DNA of 64,000 bases from Macrostomum hystrix. Lineage: Eukaryota; Animalia; Platyhelminthes. The notes beneath the pieces were generated by a model. The model was not told the origin of the DNA. It saw nothing but the letters and a program-made list of their open reading frames with translations, and made no database searches. The stretch covers positions 1,302,001 to 1,366,000 of the forward strand of contig CATNEN010000034.1 of assembly GCA_950097015.1 (NCBI GenBank), in the 5' to 3' direction. Made by a program: the position numbers and the translations under genes. This document shows, in pieces, positions 23,020 to 36,263 of this stretch (positions are counted from its first letter, which is position 1; each line of letters starts with the position of its first letter).

Positions 23020-24156
23020 GCCGCAGTCGCTGAACTCAATTGCGGGGTCTGGGCCTGCGAGGTGTGGGGCGGCGCCACACTGGCTTGCATTTGCTGTTGC
23101 TGGGGTTGCAAGGCTTGGGATTTAGCCTGCAAAGCTTGCGTGATTAGTGCTGGGATAAGTGAGTAGGGATGGCTGATTCTCATGGGATAACTGCAGTCTG
23201 TGGTAACCGAGTAGGGATTGCTGATTTTTATGGGATAACTGCAGTCTGTGGCAACTGGGTAGGGATAGCTGATTGGTTCTCATAGCTCTCATTGTCCAAT
23301 CCACACTGTCTGTCTGCCTCATCTTTGAGCTCGCGGCCCTAAGTACCTTAGCACTAAACCCAGTCCCTGCACCAAATAACTCCGCCCGTATCAAAGTTAT
23401 ATTTATGGGTTTTGTATGTCTGTACATACTCAAGCTTGTCTGCACCTTTTATGTTGTTAATAAAATCCTTTCTTAAATTTGGTATCCAGTAGCTGTTTCT
23501 GATACGTCAGCATTGTCGAATTGAAATCGGCTTTTAATTGCCTTCTGGATAGTTTTAAGCCCGCTTCAAAAGGACAATCTTGGCATTGTTCTTTTCCACT
23601 TGGGGCTCGCGTTTCGAGATTCTACTCAGTTTCTACGGTATTTTCAAGTCCGGTTTTATGCGTATCGTTACATTTTAAACTCGCTTTTTTATTCGGCTGT
23701 TACGCTCGAATACTTGGCTTGTATGTTCTTCGCAATTTTAATAAGTTTGGATTTTAAGAAAGTATAAATATTTGCCCTTCTTATAAATGGATTCTAAGAC
23801 TAATTATAACGAGTAGTCACTTTGGTATTATTACAATATCATTTAATAATAAATAATTAGTTAAAATTTTCAGCACGAAACTGCTACTAATTCTACTTGT
23901 CATTGTGCTTCGTTGTCTTAGTATGTGCCGTGTCGATTGGAATTCTATAGTTAGTTTTCATTTTTTACAATAACCAGCGAATCACATAAATAATGACATT
24001 TAGTGCGATGTAAAAGTCATCGTGTCATTGCTGTCACACAGACGCTCAGGAAGCTAGTATAGTAATCACACACACACATTGATCTAGCTCATTAAACGAG
24101 TAGACATCAATTGGTGTCCGATGGATATTAGATCCTTGTATTAGCAAGACAATAAA

Positions 24157-24669
24157 TCAGCGTGCCAGAGTTCGGTCTGTCCTTGATCGCGTCATGTACT
24201 TCTTGCACTCGCACAGCAGGTATGGCGGCAGGCTGACCTGTCGACAGCGGACTAAGCTGCCATCTTCGTCTCTCGCCGTTGCGCAGGCTGACTCGCCGGC
24301 GCAGGCGAGACGGCGACAATTGCACGCCGAAGACCAAGACGAATTGGTTGAGCCGCCATCGGCTAGGCCGCAGTTGGCCAGCATCCACGCGCCGAGGTTG
24401 CGCAGCGGCTGACTCCGGTGCTCCAGAAGCCGCGCCTCTGTCGACACCGCCGGATCTTCGGCCACCGATCGTCTCTCCTTGACGCCGAATTTGCGCTGCA
24501 GTCGGCGCCGAGCGTCCACAGAGGCGGCCAGTCGCTCCGCTTCTTCGTCCTCTTCAACGCCAAATAAGTCCTCGTCTGCGCAACGGTGCGGGAGGACTGG
24601 TACGAGCATTCTGAACTTCTCAACATTCCGATTGAAATTACGATTAGAAGAAACGGACGCTGGACTCAT
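24157..24669 (-). CDS. Hypothetical protein with acidic N-terminal patch and Cys-rich C-terminus (start uncertain: ATG 24669 or 24609, or an upstream exon)
   Basis: GC-rich island with GC3-biased codons inside AT-rich DNA. C-terminal CNC-x4-C-x5-C-x12-C-x10-CEC. No family recognised. Confidence 0.5.
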   Translation of the reverse strand: MSPASVSSNRNFNRNVEKFRMLVPVLPHRCADEDLFGVEEDEEAERLAASVDARRRLQRKFGVKERRSVAEDPAVSTEARLLEHRSQPLRNLGAWMLANCGLADGGSTNSSWSSACNCRRLACAGESACATARDEDGSLVRCRQVSLPPYLLCECKKYMTRSRTDRTLAR

Positions 24670-25769
24670 GATTTCTGGGGAAAATCTTTCAAGGCCAACT
24701 TTCAAAACCCTAGCCTTAACAGTAGGAAGACCACGCTACTTTTCCCCTACTTCGATCACGACAGCTCCCAAACCGAATGACCGATTTTCGTCAAATTACA
24801 CCATCTGCCTAAAATTTTCCACCCGTTAGGATGAACTAATTTTTATAGCCGTCCGAGTCAGCATCGTCGAGATTATGGCGAACCCACATTAGTTAAAAAA
24901 ATAGTCAACACTGATAGCCGACATGGTTACACATGAAATTGTTTGAGCAAAATCATATGCCTATATTGGTGGTTTTTGCCACCAGACACCCCGGCGAGAA
25001 TCGTTGAATATCTCGACGATGCCGATGTTTTGTGATTCTGGAAGTTGTTTCATCCGATAGAGCGGAGAATTTCAGCCCGCATGCGCCGCATTGTCATGGC
25101 GACTGGTAGCCATTTTAGGAGATACAGAAAAAAGAAAATGTGGGTATTTGAAATACCCCGAGATCTTTCTACTGTTAATAGAATATTTATATACTCGAAA
25201 CAAGCTTAGCCTTATTACAATAAGTATAAATCATTATTGCACTCACAGATATTGATGAAGCCGACAGCACCGAGAAACAACAACAAGCTTCCGATTGTCT
25301 TCATTGACCTGCTCACATTTCCTTACAAATTTCTTACTTTTTACTGATCTCACCAGTTCTATTCTCTGATGTGCGAGTTTTATAAGCCAAACGCTCCTTG
25401 GACCAATCGGAAGCGAGACAGACGGGATACGTTAGGAAATTGGATTCGAGCAGAGATTCCTAAATCACGTGCCTTACTCAACGTCTAATGAATCGCTGCA
25501 ACAATTTTTCACTTCCGATTTCTTGATTTCCTACCAAAAAATCTGCACCTAACCGTGAAAATCAAAAGCTGAACTATAATTGCAAAGAGCTCATGAATTC
25601 TATTGAGGCCTAAAATGCTCAAGGTACGAGTATACGAGTACTTGGACTGAAAGTTCTGACATTCGTTAAATTTTTTTTTTCAATCATCACTTTGATTTAA
25701 AGAGATTTGAAGAAATGTAGCAATAATTTATCCTGCAGAAATGGAGGATATGTACATCGTAGCAATAGG

Positions 25770-28700
25770 TTACCTGAGGGAATTGAGGATATTTTGCAAT
25801 GGGTTACCTGAGGGAATTGAGGATATTTTGCAATGGTTTACCTGGTGACAATTGAGGATATTTTGCAATGGTTTACCTGAGGGAATTGAGGATATTTTGC
25901 AATGGTTTACCTGAGGGAATTGATGATATGTAGCAACGGTTTACCTGAGGGAATTGAGGATATTTTGCAATGGGTAACCTGAGGGAATTGATGATATGTA
26001 GCAACGGTTTACCTGAGGGAATTGAGGATATTTTGCAATGGGTTACCTGAGGGAATTGAGGATATTTTGCAATGGGTTACCTGAGGGAATTGAGGATATT
26101 TTGCAATGGGTTACCTGAGGGAATTGAGGATATTTTGCAATGGTTTACCTGGTGACAATTGAGGATATTTTGCAATGGGTTACCTGAGGGAATTGAGAAT
26201 ATGTAGCAACGGTTTACCTGAGGGAATTGAGGATATGTAGCAACGGTTTGCCTGAGGGAATTGAGGATATTTTGCAATGGGTTACCTGAGGGAATTGATG
26301 ATATTTTGCAATGGGTTACCTGAGGGAATTGATGATATTTAGTAACGGTTTACCTGAGGGAATTGATGATATTTAGTAACGGTTTACCTGAGGGAATTGA
26401 GGATATTTTGCAATGGGTTACCTGAGGGAATTGAGGATATTTTGCAATGGGTTACCTGAGGGAATTGAGGATATTTTGCAATGGTTTACCTGGTGACAAT
26501 TGAGGATATTTTCCAATGGTTTACCTGAGGGAATTGAGGATATTTTGCAATGGGTTACCTGAGGGAATTGATGATATGTAGCAACGGTTTACCTGAGGGA
26601 ATTGAGGATATTTTGCAATGGGTTACCTGAGGGAATTGAGGATATGTAGCAACGGGTTACCTGAGGGAATTGATGATATGTAGCAACGTTTTACCTGAGG
26701 GAATTGAGGATATGTAGCAACGGGTTACCTGAGGGAATTGATGATATGTAGCAACGGTTTACCTGAGGGAATTGATGATATGTAGCAACGTTTTACCTGA
26801 GGGAATTGAGGATATTTTGCAATGGGTAACCTGAGGGAATTGATGATATTTAGTAACGGTTTACCTGAGGGAATTGATGATATTTTGCAATGGGTTACCT
26901 GAGGGAATTGAGGATATGTAGCAACGGGTTACCTGAGGGAATTGATGATATGTAGCAACGTTTTACCTGAGGGAATTGAGGATATGTAGCAACGGTTTAC
27001 CTGAGGGAATTGAGGATATGTAGCAACGGGTTACCTGAGGGAATTGATGATATGTAGCAACGTTTTACCTGAGGGAATTGATGATATGTAGCAACGTTTT
27101 ACCTGAGGGAATTGATGATATGTAGCAACGGTTTACCTGAGGGAATTGATGATATGTAGCAACGTTTTACCTGAGGGAATTGATGATATGTAGCAACGGT
27201 TTACCTGAGGGAATTGATGATATGTAGCAACGGTTTACCTGAGGGAATTGATGATATGTAGCAACGGTTTACCTGAGGGAATTGATGATATGTAGCAACG
27301 GTTTACCTGAGGGAATTGATGATATGTAGCAACGGTTTACCTGAGGGAATTGATGATATGTAGCAACGGTTTACCTGAGGGAATTGATGATATTTTGCAA
27401 TGGGTTACCTGAGGGAATTGATGATATTTTGCAATGGGTTACCTGAGGGAATTGATGATATTTAGTAACGGTTTACCTGAGGGAATTGATGATATTTAGT
27501 AACGGTTTACCTGAGGGAATTGAGGATATTTTGCAATGGGTTACCTGAGGGAATTGAGGATATTTTGCAATGGGTTACCTGAGGGAATTGAGGATATGTA
27601 GCAACGGTTTACCTGAGGGAATTGAGGATATTTTGCAATGGGTTACCTGAGGGAATTGAGGATATTTTGCAATGGGTTACCTGAGGGAATTAAGGATATG
27701 TAGCAACGGTTTACCTGAGGGAATTGAGGATATGTAGCAACGGTTTACCTGAGGGAATTGAGGATATTTTGCAATGGGTTACCTGAGGGAATTGAGGATA
27801 TTTTGCAATGGGTTACCTGAGGGAATTGATGATATTTAGTAACGGTTTACCTGAGGGAATTGATGATATTTAGTAACGGTTTACCTGAGGGAATTGATGA
27901 TATTTTGCAATGGGTTACCTAAGGGAATTGAGGATATTTTGCAATGGGTTACCTGAGGGAATTGAGGATATTTTGCAATGGGTTACCTGAGGGAATTGAG
28001 GATATTTTGCAATGGGTAACCTGAGGGAATTGAGGATATTTTGCAATGGGTTACCTGAGGGAATTGATGATATTTTGCAATGGGTTACCTGAGGGAATTG
28101 ATGATATTTTGCAATGGGTTACCTGAGGGAATTGATGATATTTAGTAACGGTTTACCTGAGGGAATTGATGATATTTAGTAACGGTTTACCTGAGGGAAT
28201 TGAGGATATTTTGCAATGGGTTACCTGAGGGAATTGAGGATATTTTGCAATGGGTTACCTGAGGGAATTGAGGATATTTTGCAATGGGTTACCTGAGGGA
28301 ATTGAGGATATTTTGCAATGGGTAACCTGAGGGAATTGATGATATTTTGCAATGGGTTACCTGAGGGAATTGATGATATTTTGCAATGGGTTACCTGAGG
28401 GAATTGAGGATATTTTGCAATGGGTTACCTGAGGGAATTGAGGATATTTTGCAATGGGTTACCTGAGGGAATTGATGATATTTAGTAACGGTTTACCTGA
28501 GGGAATTGATGATATTTTGCAATGGGTTACCTGAGGGAATTGATGATATTTAGTAACGGTTTACCTGAGGGAATTGAGGATATTTTGCAATGGGTTACCT
28601 GAGGGAATTGATGATATTTAGCAACGGTTTACCTGAGGGAATTAATGATATTTGCAATGGGTTACCTGAGGGAATTGATGATATTTAGTAACGGTTTACC

Positions 28701-30368
28701 TGAGGGAATTGAGGATATTTTGCAATGGGTTACCTGAGGGAATTGATGATATTTTGCAATGGGTTACCTGAGGGAATTGATGATATTTAGTAACGGTTTA
28801 CCTGAGGGAATTGAGGATATTTTGCAATGGGTTACCTGAGGGAATTGAGGATATTTTGCAATGGGTTACCTGAGGGAATTGAGGATATTTTGCAATGGGT
28901 TACCTGAGGGAATTGAGGATATTTTGCAATGGGTAACCTGAGGGAATTGATGATATTTTGCAATGGGTTACCTGAGGGAATTGATGATATTTTGCAATGG
29001 GTTACCTGAGGGAATTGAGGATATTTTGCAATGGGTTACCTGAGGGAATTGAGGATATTTTGCAATGGGTTACCTGAGGGAATTGATGATATTTAGTAAC
29101 GGTTTACCTGAGGGAATTGATGATATTTTGCAATGGGTTACCTGAGGGAATTGATGATATTTAGTAACGGTTTACCTGAGGGAATTGAGGATATTTTGCA
29201 ATGGGTTACCTGAGGGAATTGATGATATTTAGCAACGGTTTACCTGAGGGAATTGATGATATTTTGCAATGGGTTACCTGAGGGAATTGATGATATTTAG
29301 TAACGGTTTACCTGAGGGAATTGAGGATATTTTGCAATGGGTTATTTGAGGGAATTGAGGATATTTTGCAATGGGTAACCTGAGGGAATTGATGATATTT
29401 TGCAATGGGTTACCTGAGGGAATTGATGATATTTTGCAATGGGTTACCTGAGGGAATTGAGGATATTTTGCAATGGGTTACCTGAGGGAATTGAGGATAT
29501 TTTACAATGGGTTACCTGAGGGAATTGATAATATTTAGTAACGGTTTACCTGAGGGAATTGATGATATTTTGCAATGGGTTACCTGAGGGAATTGATGAT
29601 ATTTAGTAACGGTTTACCTGAGGGAATTGAGGATATTTTGCAATGGGTTACCTGAGGGAATTGAGGATATTTTGCAATGGGTTACCTGAGGGAATTGATA
29701 ATATTTAGTAACGGTTTACCTGAGGGAATTGATGATATTTTGCAATGGGTTACCTGAGGGAATTGATGATATTTAGTAACGGTTTACCTGAGGGAATTGA
29801 GGATATTTTGCAATGGGTTACCTGAGGGAATTGAGGATATTTTGCAATGGGTTACCTGAGGGAATTGATGATATTTAGTAACGGTTTACCTGAGGGAATT
29901 GAGGATATTTTGCAATGGGTTACCTGAGGGAATTGAGGATATTTTGCAATGGGTTACCTGAGGGAATTGAGGATATTTTGCAATGGGTTACCTGAGGGAA
30001 TTGAGGATATTTTGCAATGGGTTACCTGAGGGAATTGAGGATATTTTGCAATGGGTTACCTGAGGGAATTGATGATATTTAGTAACGGTTTACCTGAGGG
30101 AATTGATGATATTTTGCAATGGGTTACCTGAGGGACTTGAGGATATTTTGCAATGGGTTACCTGAGGGAATTGAGGATATTTTGCAATGGGTTACCTGAG
30201 GGAATTGATGATATTTAGTAACGGTTTACCTGAGGGAATTGATGATATTTAGTAACGGTTTACCTGAGGGAATTGATGATATTTAGTAACGGTTTACCTG
30301 AGGGAATTGATGATATTTAGTAACGGTTTACCTGAGGGAATTGATGATATGTAGCAATGAGTTACCTA
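25770..30368. repeat. 33-34-bp tandem satellite (TTACCTGAGGGAATTGAGGATATTTTGCAATGGG), about 4.6 kb, about 135 copies
   Basis: Directly visible; variants GATATGTAGCAACGGT and GATATTTAGTAACGGT occur in blocks. Confidence 0.97.
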
Positions 30369-31344
30369 AAGTTTTTGTCGATAAGACAGTTCCTGCACCC
30401 GATGTGAGTTGAGCTTGCAAAGGAACGAAAAATAAAGGCACATGTTTACTTCCTATGCGAAGAATTGTAGAGAGTTGCAATTAGTAAAACTTTAGGATAC
30501 GCATTTCGAGTTTGAGCAGAGTGATAGAAACTAATTTCAACTGAATTAAAATGCCCCTGGCATTCCCTGCCAGTCTCTGATCAGCAACATGAATTCGGTT
30601 TCAGAGGATCACAAGAAATTTGTCCAGCAAATTAAAATGTTTCATGCAAGACAAATGGACTCAGCTAAGCTATATAGAGATCACGGAGATGATCGCTGAG
30701 GAACAAAAATTGAAGGGAAATTTTTGGGAGGGATCGATACGAAGCCAGAGAGAAGATGGGAGATTGAGGTCTGGGATAAAAAAGGCCCCCTATATTCTAC
30801 GCGCATATACTCCACGAGGCACATTTCGACATCTTGGCCAGTTGCATCATCATCTCATTGTCTCGTGCAGCAAGGCGCACTGACCCCTTGACCCCGCCAT
30901 CCCCCAGAGGGATTCGCGTGGGAATTGGCACTCTCTCAATTCTTATAATTGCCCTCCGATGGAGAGCACAGTAGACATGAACTGGTTGTCATACTGTTTG
31001 AAGCTGTTCAGAAGCGAGTATACTCTCTATAGCCTGAGTCATCAGCGCCAGTTTATTTTTACAGACTGACTAATAAACACAAATTCTCATGCTATTTTGC
31101 TAAAAACAGGTGCAAAAGCAGGCAGCTTATCTCCTTGACCGTTAGAGGCGCCGAACACAAAGAAACGCAGTCTGCCTTTGCTAGAAAATTACTGGCGCCA
31201 CTTTTGGTGCGGAGGTAAGAAGGCCCTCTTACCTCGTACAGCTATCCGAATGCAACTGCGTTTCGTGCTAGGAATCACCTATCACGGTCGTACTCAACAC
31301 AGTATACTTGGGATGCAAATGAAAGTGATTAAGGTACTGCAAAC

Positions 31345-31682
31345 CTGTAGTTTCTGCTTCGATGCTGGCAGTAGCTTCTGCTTCGATACTGGCAGTAGCT
31401 TCTGCTTCGATGCTGACAGTAGCTTCTGCTTCGATACTGGCAGTAGCTTCTGCTTCGGTACTGGCAGTAGCTTCTGCTTCGATACTGGCAGTAGCTTCTG
31501 CTTCGATACTGGCAGTAGCTTCTGCTTCGATACTGGCAGTAGTTTCTGCTTCGATACTGGCAGTAGTTTTTGCTTCGATACTGGCAGTAGTTTCTGCTTC
31601 GATACTAGTAGTAGTTTCTGCTTCGATACTGGCAGTAGCTTCTGCTTCGATACTGGCAGTAGCTTCTGCTTCGATACTGGCT
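31345..31682. repeat. 24-bp tandem repeat (TAGCTTCTGCTTCGATACTGGCAG)
   Basis: Directly visible; produces the spurious SSFCFDTG ORF. Confidence 0.92.
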
Positions 31683-31897
31683 GCGTTTACATCTTGTTAT
31701 CGTTATCCAACAAGTACGTTCAAATCGATCGTTTTATAAAAAACTCAAACGAAAAGATAGCTCATAATAGAAAATACCATTCTTTAGAATTAGAAATTTG
31801 CACATCGATTGCTTAGCAGCAGTAAAAGTACATTCGACGATGCACCTGGTACGCGAATCTATTTATACACAAGGGGCTTTAAAGTACACCGAGAAGA

Positions 31898-32894
31898 TCA
31901 ATTTTCGTCAGCGCCGTTCCCTGAACCGGCCTTCTGCTCGCGTGTGTCCAGGCAGATGGTCACTGGGCCTGAGTTAGTGAGGCTGACATCCATCATGGCG
32001 CCGAAAACACCGGCTTTGATCTTGTCCGACTGGTAGTCCCTGCGCATGGCCTCTAGCATGTCAGTATACATTCGCTCCGACTGCTCGGCCGGCATTGCCC
32101 GATGAAAGTCGAGCTTGTTGCCCTGCGATGAGGTTTGCTTGATAAAATGTTCAGATCACAAAACTGAGGGCCATTGGCGTCAGAGTATATCATTGACGTC
32201 ATTAACAATGAGATCAGTCAAAGTGACGTCATTAACAATCACATCAGTCAAAGTGACGTCATTAACAATCACATCAGTCAAAGTGAAGTCATAACAGTGA
32301 CGTCAGTGTAAGTTGACTTCAACGAGAAAGTAACGTTATTGAGAAAGTGAGCTGTTCATGGACTGAGGGGGACGCCACCCTCAATTACCCCAGGTAGTGC
32401 TACTCGTAAAGTTCCCATTTAACAGCTGGATAAACTGATGCAATCCAGAGTTAAGTGTCTTGCTAAATGACACAAATTGTTTTAGGGGGGTCGGGAATCG
32501 AACCCCCGATCTTTATGTCGTGAGACCGACGCTATAGCCACTAGGCTAGCTACCCCAATCTGTATGAATACAGCTCGACGTAGGTATATTTTTATGAAGC
32601 AATCAAAGCTTCAGCTGTGGTTACCTTGAGCACAGAGTGCAGAGTAAACTGGCTAATAACAAGGACCTCCAGTCCCAGATCGCGCACGCTACGCATCCAC
32701 CGCTTGCCACCGCCGTCGACCTCCTCGTCGAACAGTCGCAGGTTGAGCAGCTTGCGGCTCATCCAATCGGCGTCCTGCGCCGTGTCAGACTGACAGATGC
32801 CCAGCAGGACGCAGATGCCCCGCCCGATCTCGCTGACAGTGACACCGTCGACTACAACCGCCGCCCGGCTGACTCGCTGCACTATGGCTCGCAT
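31898..32894 (-). CDS. DTD1: D-aminoacyl-tRNA deacylase 1 (D-Tyr-tRNA deacylase), 2 exons, 164 aa
   Basis: Exon 1 32894-32625 (MRAIVQRVSRAAV...RKLLNLRLF...VISQFTLHSVLK; donor AAG|GTAACC). Exon 2 32122-31898 (CAG|GNKLDFHRAM...GVFGAMMDVSLTNSGPVT...). SQFTL and Gly-Pro (NSGPVT) signature motifs are intact. Confidence 0.95.
32350..32556 (-). mobile_element. tRNA-derived SINE with CORE-like domain, in the DTD1 intron
   Basis: Minus strand: A box TAGCCTAGTGG (32548-32538), B box GGTTCGATTCC (32504-32494), then TTTGTGTCATTTAGCAAGACACTTAACTCTGGATTGCATCAGT...CAGCTGTTAAATGGG, which resembles the MIR CORE consensus. A related copy lies at 7843-8030. Confidence 0.7.
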
Positions 32895-33482
32895 GCACTT
32901 TTACAAGATTTATACTGTAAGTAGTGCAATGAGGATGTTTGGATTGGCAGGTTTCTCGTAAGCAAACGTTTCGATAACCATGGTGTCATTCAGATGCTTG
33001 TGGCAGCTATAGCCACTTGAGTTTATTTAAATTTAGATTCAAGGGGTTAAATATCAGCATTTCTCTTACACTAGAAGAAGAGTGACAAGGCGTTAAAGCA
33101 AAAGTAAGATAATCAAATCAGTATGTATTTTCAAATCAATTACGCATTCTGCTCATCAAACGAGGCTAGAACGCACGACTCTACATTCTTTTAAGCATGA
33201 AACATTCGCTTCAATATCACAACAATGACACCAAAAGCGAACAAGCCTAGGCAATAGGACAAAAAATGTCTAAATCACAAATAAAAACAGTTACCAAAAT
33301 GTTTTAACGCCGCAATAAATATATCACTAACAGAGGATTCTCACACTAACTGACTACTAACAGTAGATAGACATTAAATAACTGGTAAAAGTTATAGACG
33401 CCGATTTTCTAGAAATTAAAATAATCAAACATACCTAATGTTTTCAGAATACTTAATCTGGGATAATTAGCAATCACATTTT

Positions 33483-36036
33483 AGGATCTGGGGGAATGGA
33501 TAATCCAGTCAGAAGATCTGGCGCGGCCCTGAATACTCAAGTCTGAGGATCTGGGAGAATGGACAATCCAGTCTGAGGATCAGGGAGAATGGACAATCCA
33601 GTCTGAGGATCAGGGAGAATGAACAATCCAGTCTGAGGATCAGGGAGAATGGACAATCCAGTCTGAGGATCTGGGAGAATGGACAATCCAGTCTGAGGAT
33701 CTGGGAGAATGGACAATCCAGTCTGAGGATCTGGGAGAATAGACAATCCAGTCTGAGGATCTGGAAGAATGGATAACCCAGTCTGAGGATCTGGGAGAAT
33801 GGACAATCCAGTCTGAGGATCTGGGAGAATGGACAATCCAGTCTGAGGATCTGGGAGAATAGACAATCCAGTCTGAGGATCTGGGAGAATGGATAATCCA
33901 GTCTGAGGATCTGGGAGAATGGACAATCCAGTCTGAGGATCTGGGAGAATAGACAATCCAGTCTGAGGATCTGGGAGAATGGATAATCCAGTCTGAGGAT
34001 CTGGGAGAATGGACAATCCAGTCTGAGGATCTGGGAGAATGGATAATCCAGTCTGAGGATCTGGGAGAATGGACAATCCAGTCTGAGGAACTGTGAGAAT
34101 GGACAATCCAGTCAGAAGATCTGGCGCGGCCCTGAATACTCAAGCCTGAGGATCAGGGAGAATGGATAATCCAGTCTGAGGATCAGGGAGAATAGACAAT
34201 CCAGTCTGAGGACCTGGGAGAATGGACAATCCAGTCTGAGGATCTGGGAGAATGGACAATCCAGTCTGAGGATCTGGGAGAATGGACAATCCAGTCTGAG
34301 GACCTGGGAGAATGGACAATCCAGTCTGAGGATCTGGGAGAATGGACAATCCAGTCTGAGGATCAGGGAGAATGGACAATCCAGTCTGAGGATCAGGGAG
34401 AATGAACAATCCAGTCTGAGGATCAGGGAGAATGGACAATCCAGTCTGAGGATCTGGGAGAATGGACAATCCAGTCTGAGGATCTGGGAGAATGGACAAT
34501 CCAGTCTGAGGATCTGGGAGAATAGACAATCCAGTCTGAGGATCTGGAAGAATGGATAACCCAGTCTGAGGATCTGGGAGAATGGACAATCCAGTCTGAG
34601 GATCTGGGAGAATGGACAATCCAGTCTGAGGATCTGGGAGAATAGACAATCCAGTCTGAGGATCTGGGAGAATGGATAATCCAGTCTGAGGATCTGGGAG
34701 AATGGACAATCCAGTCTGAGGATCTGGGAGAATAGACAATCCAGTCTGAGGATCTGGGAGAATGGATAATCCAGTCTGAGGATCTGGGAGAATGGACAAT
34801 CCAGTCTGAGGATCTGGGAGAATGGATAATCCAGTCTGAGGATCTGGGAGAATGGACAATCCAGTCTGAGGAACTGTGAGAATGGACAATCCAGTCAGAA
34901 GATCTGGCGCGGCCCTGAATACTCAAGCCTGAGGATCAGGGAGAATGGATAATCCAGTCTGAGGATCAGGGAGAATAGACAATCCAGTCTGAGGACCTGG
35001 GAGAATGGACAATCCAGTCTGAGGATCTGGGAGAATGGACAATCCAGTCTGAGGATCTGGGAGAATGGACAATCCAGTCTGAGGACCTGGGAGAATGGAC
35101 AATCCAGTCTGAGGATCTGGGAGAATGGACAATCCAGTCTGAGGACCTGGGAGAATGGACAATCCAGTCTGAGGATCAGGGAGAATGAACAATCCAGTCT
35201 GAGGATCAGGGAGAATGGACAATCCAGTCTGAGGATCTGGGAGAATGGACAATCCAGTCTGAGAATCTGGGAGAATGGACAATCCAGTCTGAGGATCTGG
35301 GAGAATAGACAATCTAGTCTGAGGATCTGGAAGAATGGATAACCCAGTCTGAGGATCTGGGAGAATGGACAATCCAGTCTGAGGACCTGGGAGAATGGAC
35401 AATCCAGTCTGAGGATCTGGGAGAATAGACAATCCAGTCTGAGGATCTAGGAGAATGGATAATCCAGTCTGAGGATCTGGGAGAATGGACAATCCAGTCT
35501 GAGGATCTGGGAGAATAGACAATCCAGTCTGAGGATCTGGGAGAATGGATAATCCAGTCTGAGGATCTGGGAGAATGGACAATCCAGTCTGAGGATCTGG
35601 GAGAATGGATAATCCAGTCTGAGGATCTGGGAGAATGGACAATCCAGTCTGAGGAACTGTGAGAATGGACAATCCAGTCAGAAGATCTGGCGCGGCCCTG
35701 AATACTCAAGTCTGAGGATCAGGGAGAATGGATAATCCAGTCTGAGGATCAGGGAGAATAGACAATCCAGTCTGAGGACCTGGGAGAATGGACAATCCAG
35801 TCTGAGGATCTGGGAGAATGGACAATCCAGTCTGAGGATCTGGGAGAATGGACAATCCAGTCTGAGGACCTGGGAGAATGGACAATCCAGTCTGAGGATC
35901 TGGGAGAATGGACAATCCAGTCTGAGGACCTGGGAGAATGGACAATCCAGTCTGAGGATCTGGGAGAATGGACAATCCAGTCTGAGGATCTGGGAGAGTG
36001 GACAATCCAGTCTGAGGATCTGGGAGAATGGACAAT
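33483..36036. repeat. 30-bp minisatellite (GTCTGAGGATCTGGGAGAATGGACAATCCA) with higher-order units of 603, 783 and 783 bp
   Basis: The junction AGAAGATCTGGCGCGGCCCTGAATACTCAAG recurs at 33511, 34114, 34897 and 35680. Confidence 0.96.
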
Positions 36037-36263
36037 TTTGTAAAATGCTAACTCAGTAAGCAGAATATTTGACAATCGCAGTAAATTAACTATTATAGTA
36101 ACTTTGAACGCACAAAAGATTATACAATAAAACAAACTTAGTTAACGTAAGAAAGACTGTCCCATAAAACAGGGAAAAGTATGAGAAGAAGGAATAACAA
36201 TACTTAAATTCTTCTTAAACTACAAGTAAAAAGGTAGTTTAAGTAGTCCTTGGATTTGTCAAA

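Noticed and set aside
32486-32556. tRNA gene candidate on the minus strand
   Set aside because: A and B boxes are present, but there is no convincing acceptor stem or cloverleaf and it continues into a shared SINE body, so it is annotated as a SINE.
33537-36135. SILPDPQTGL / SPRSSDWIVH repeat ORFs
   Set aside because: Translations of the 30-bp array; no unique coding sequence.
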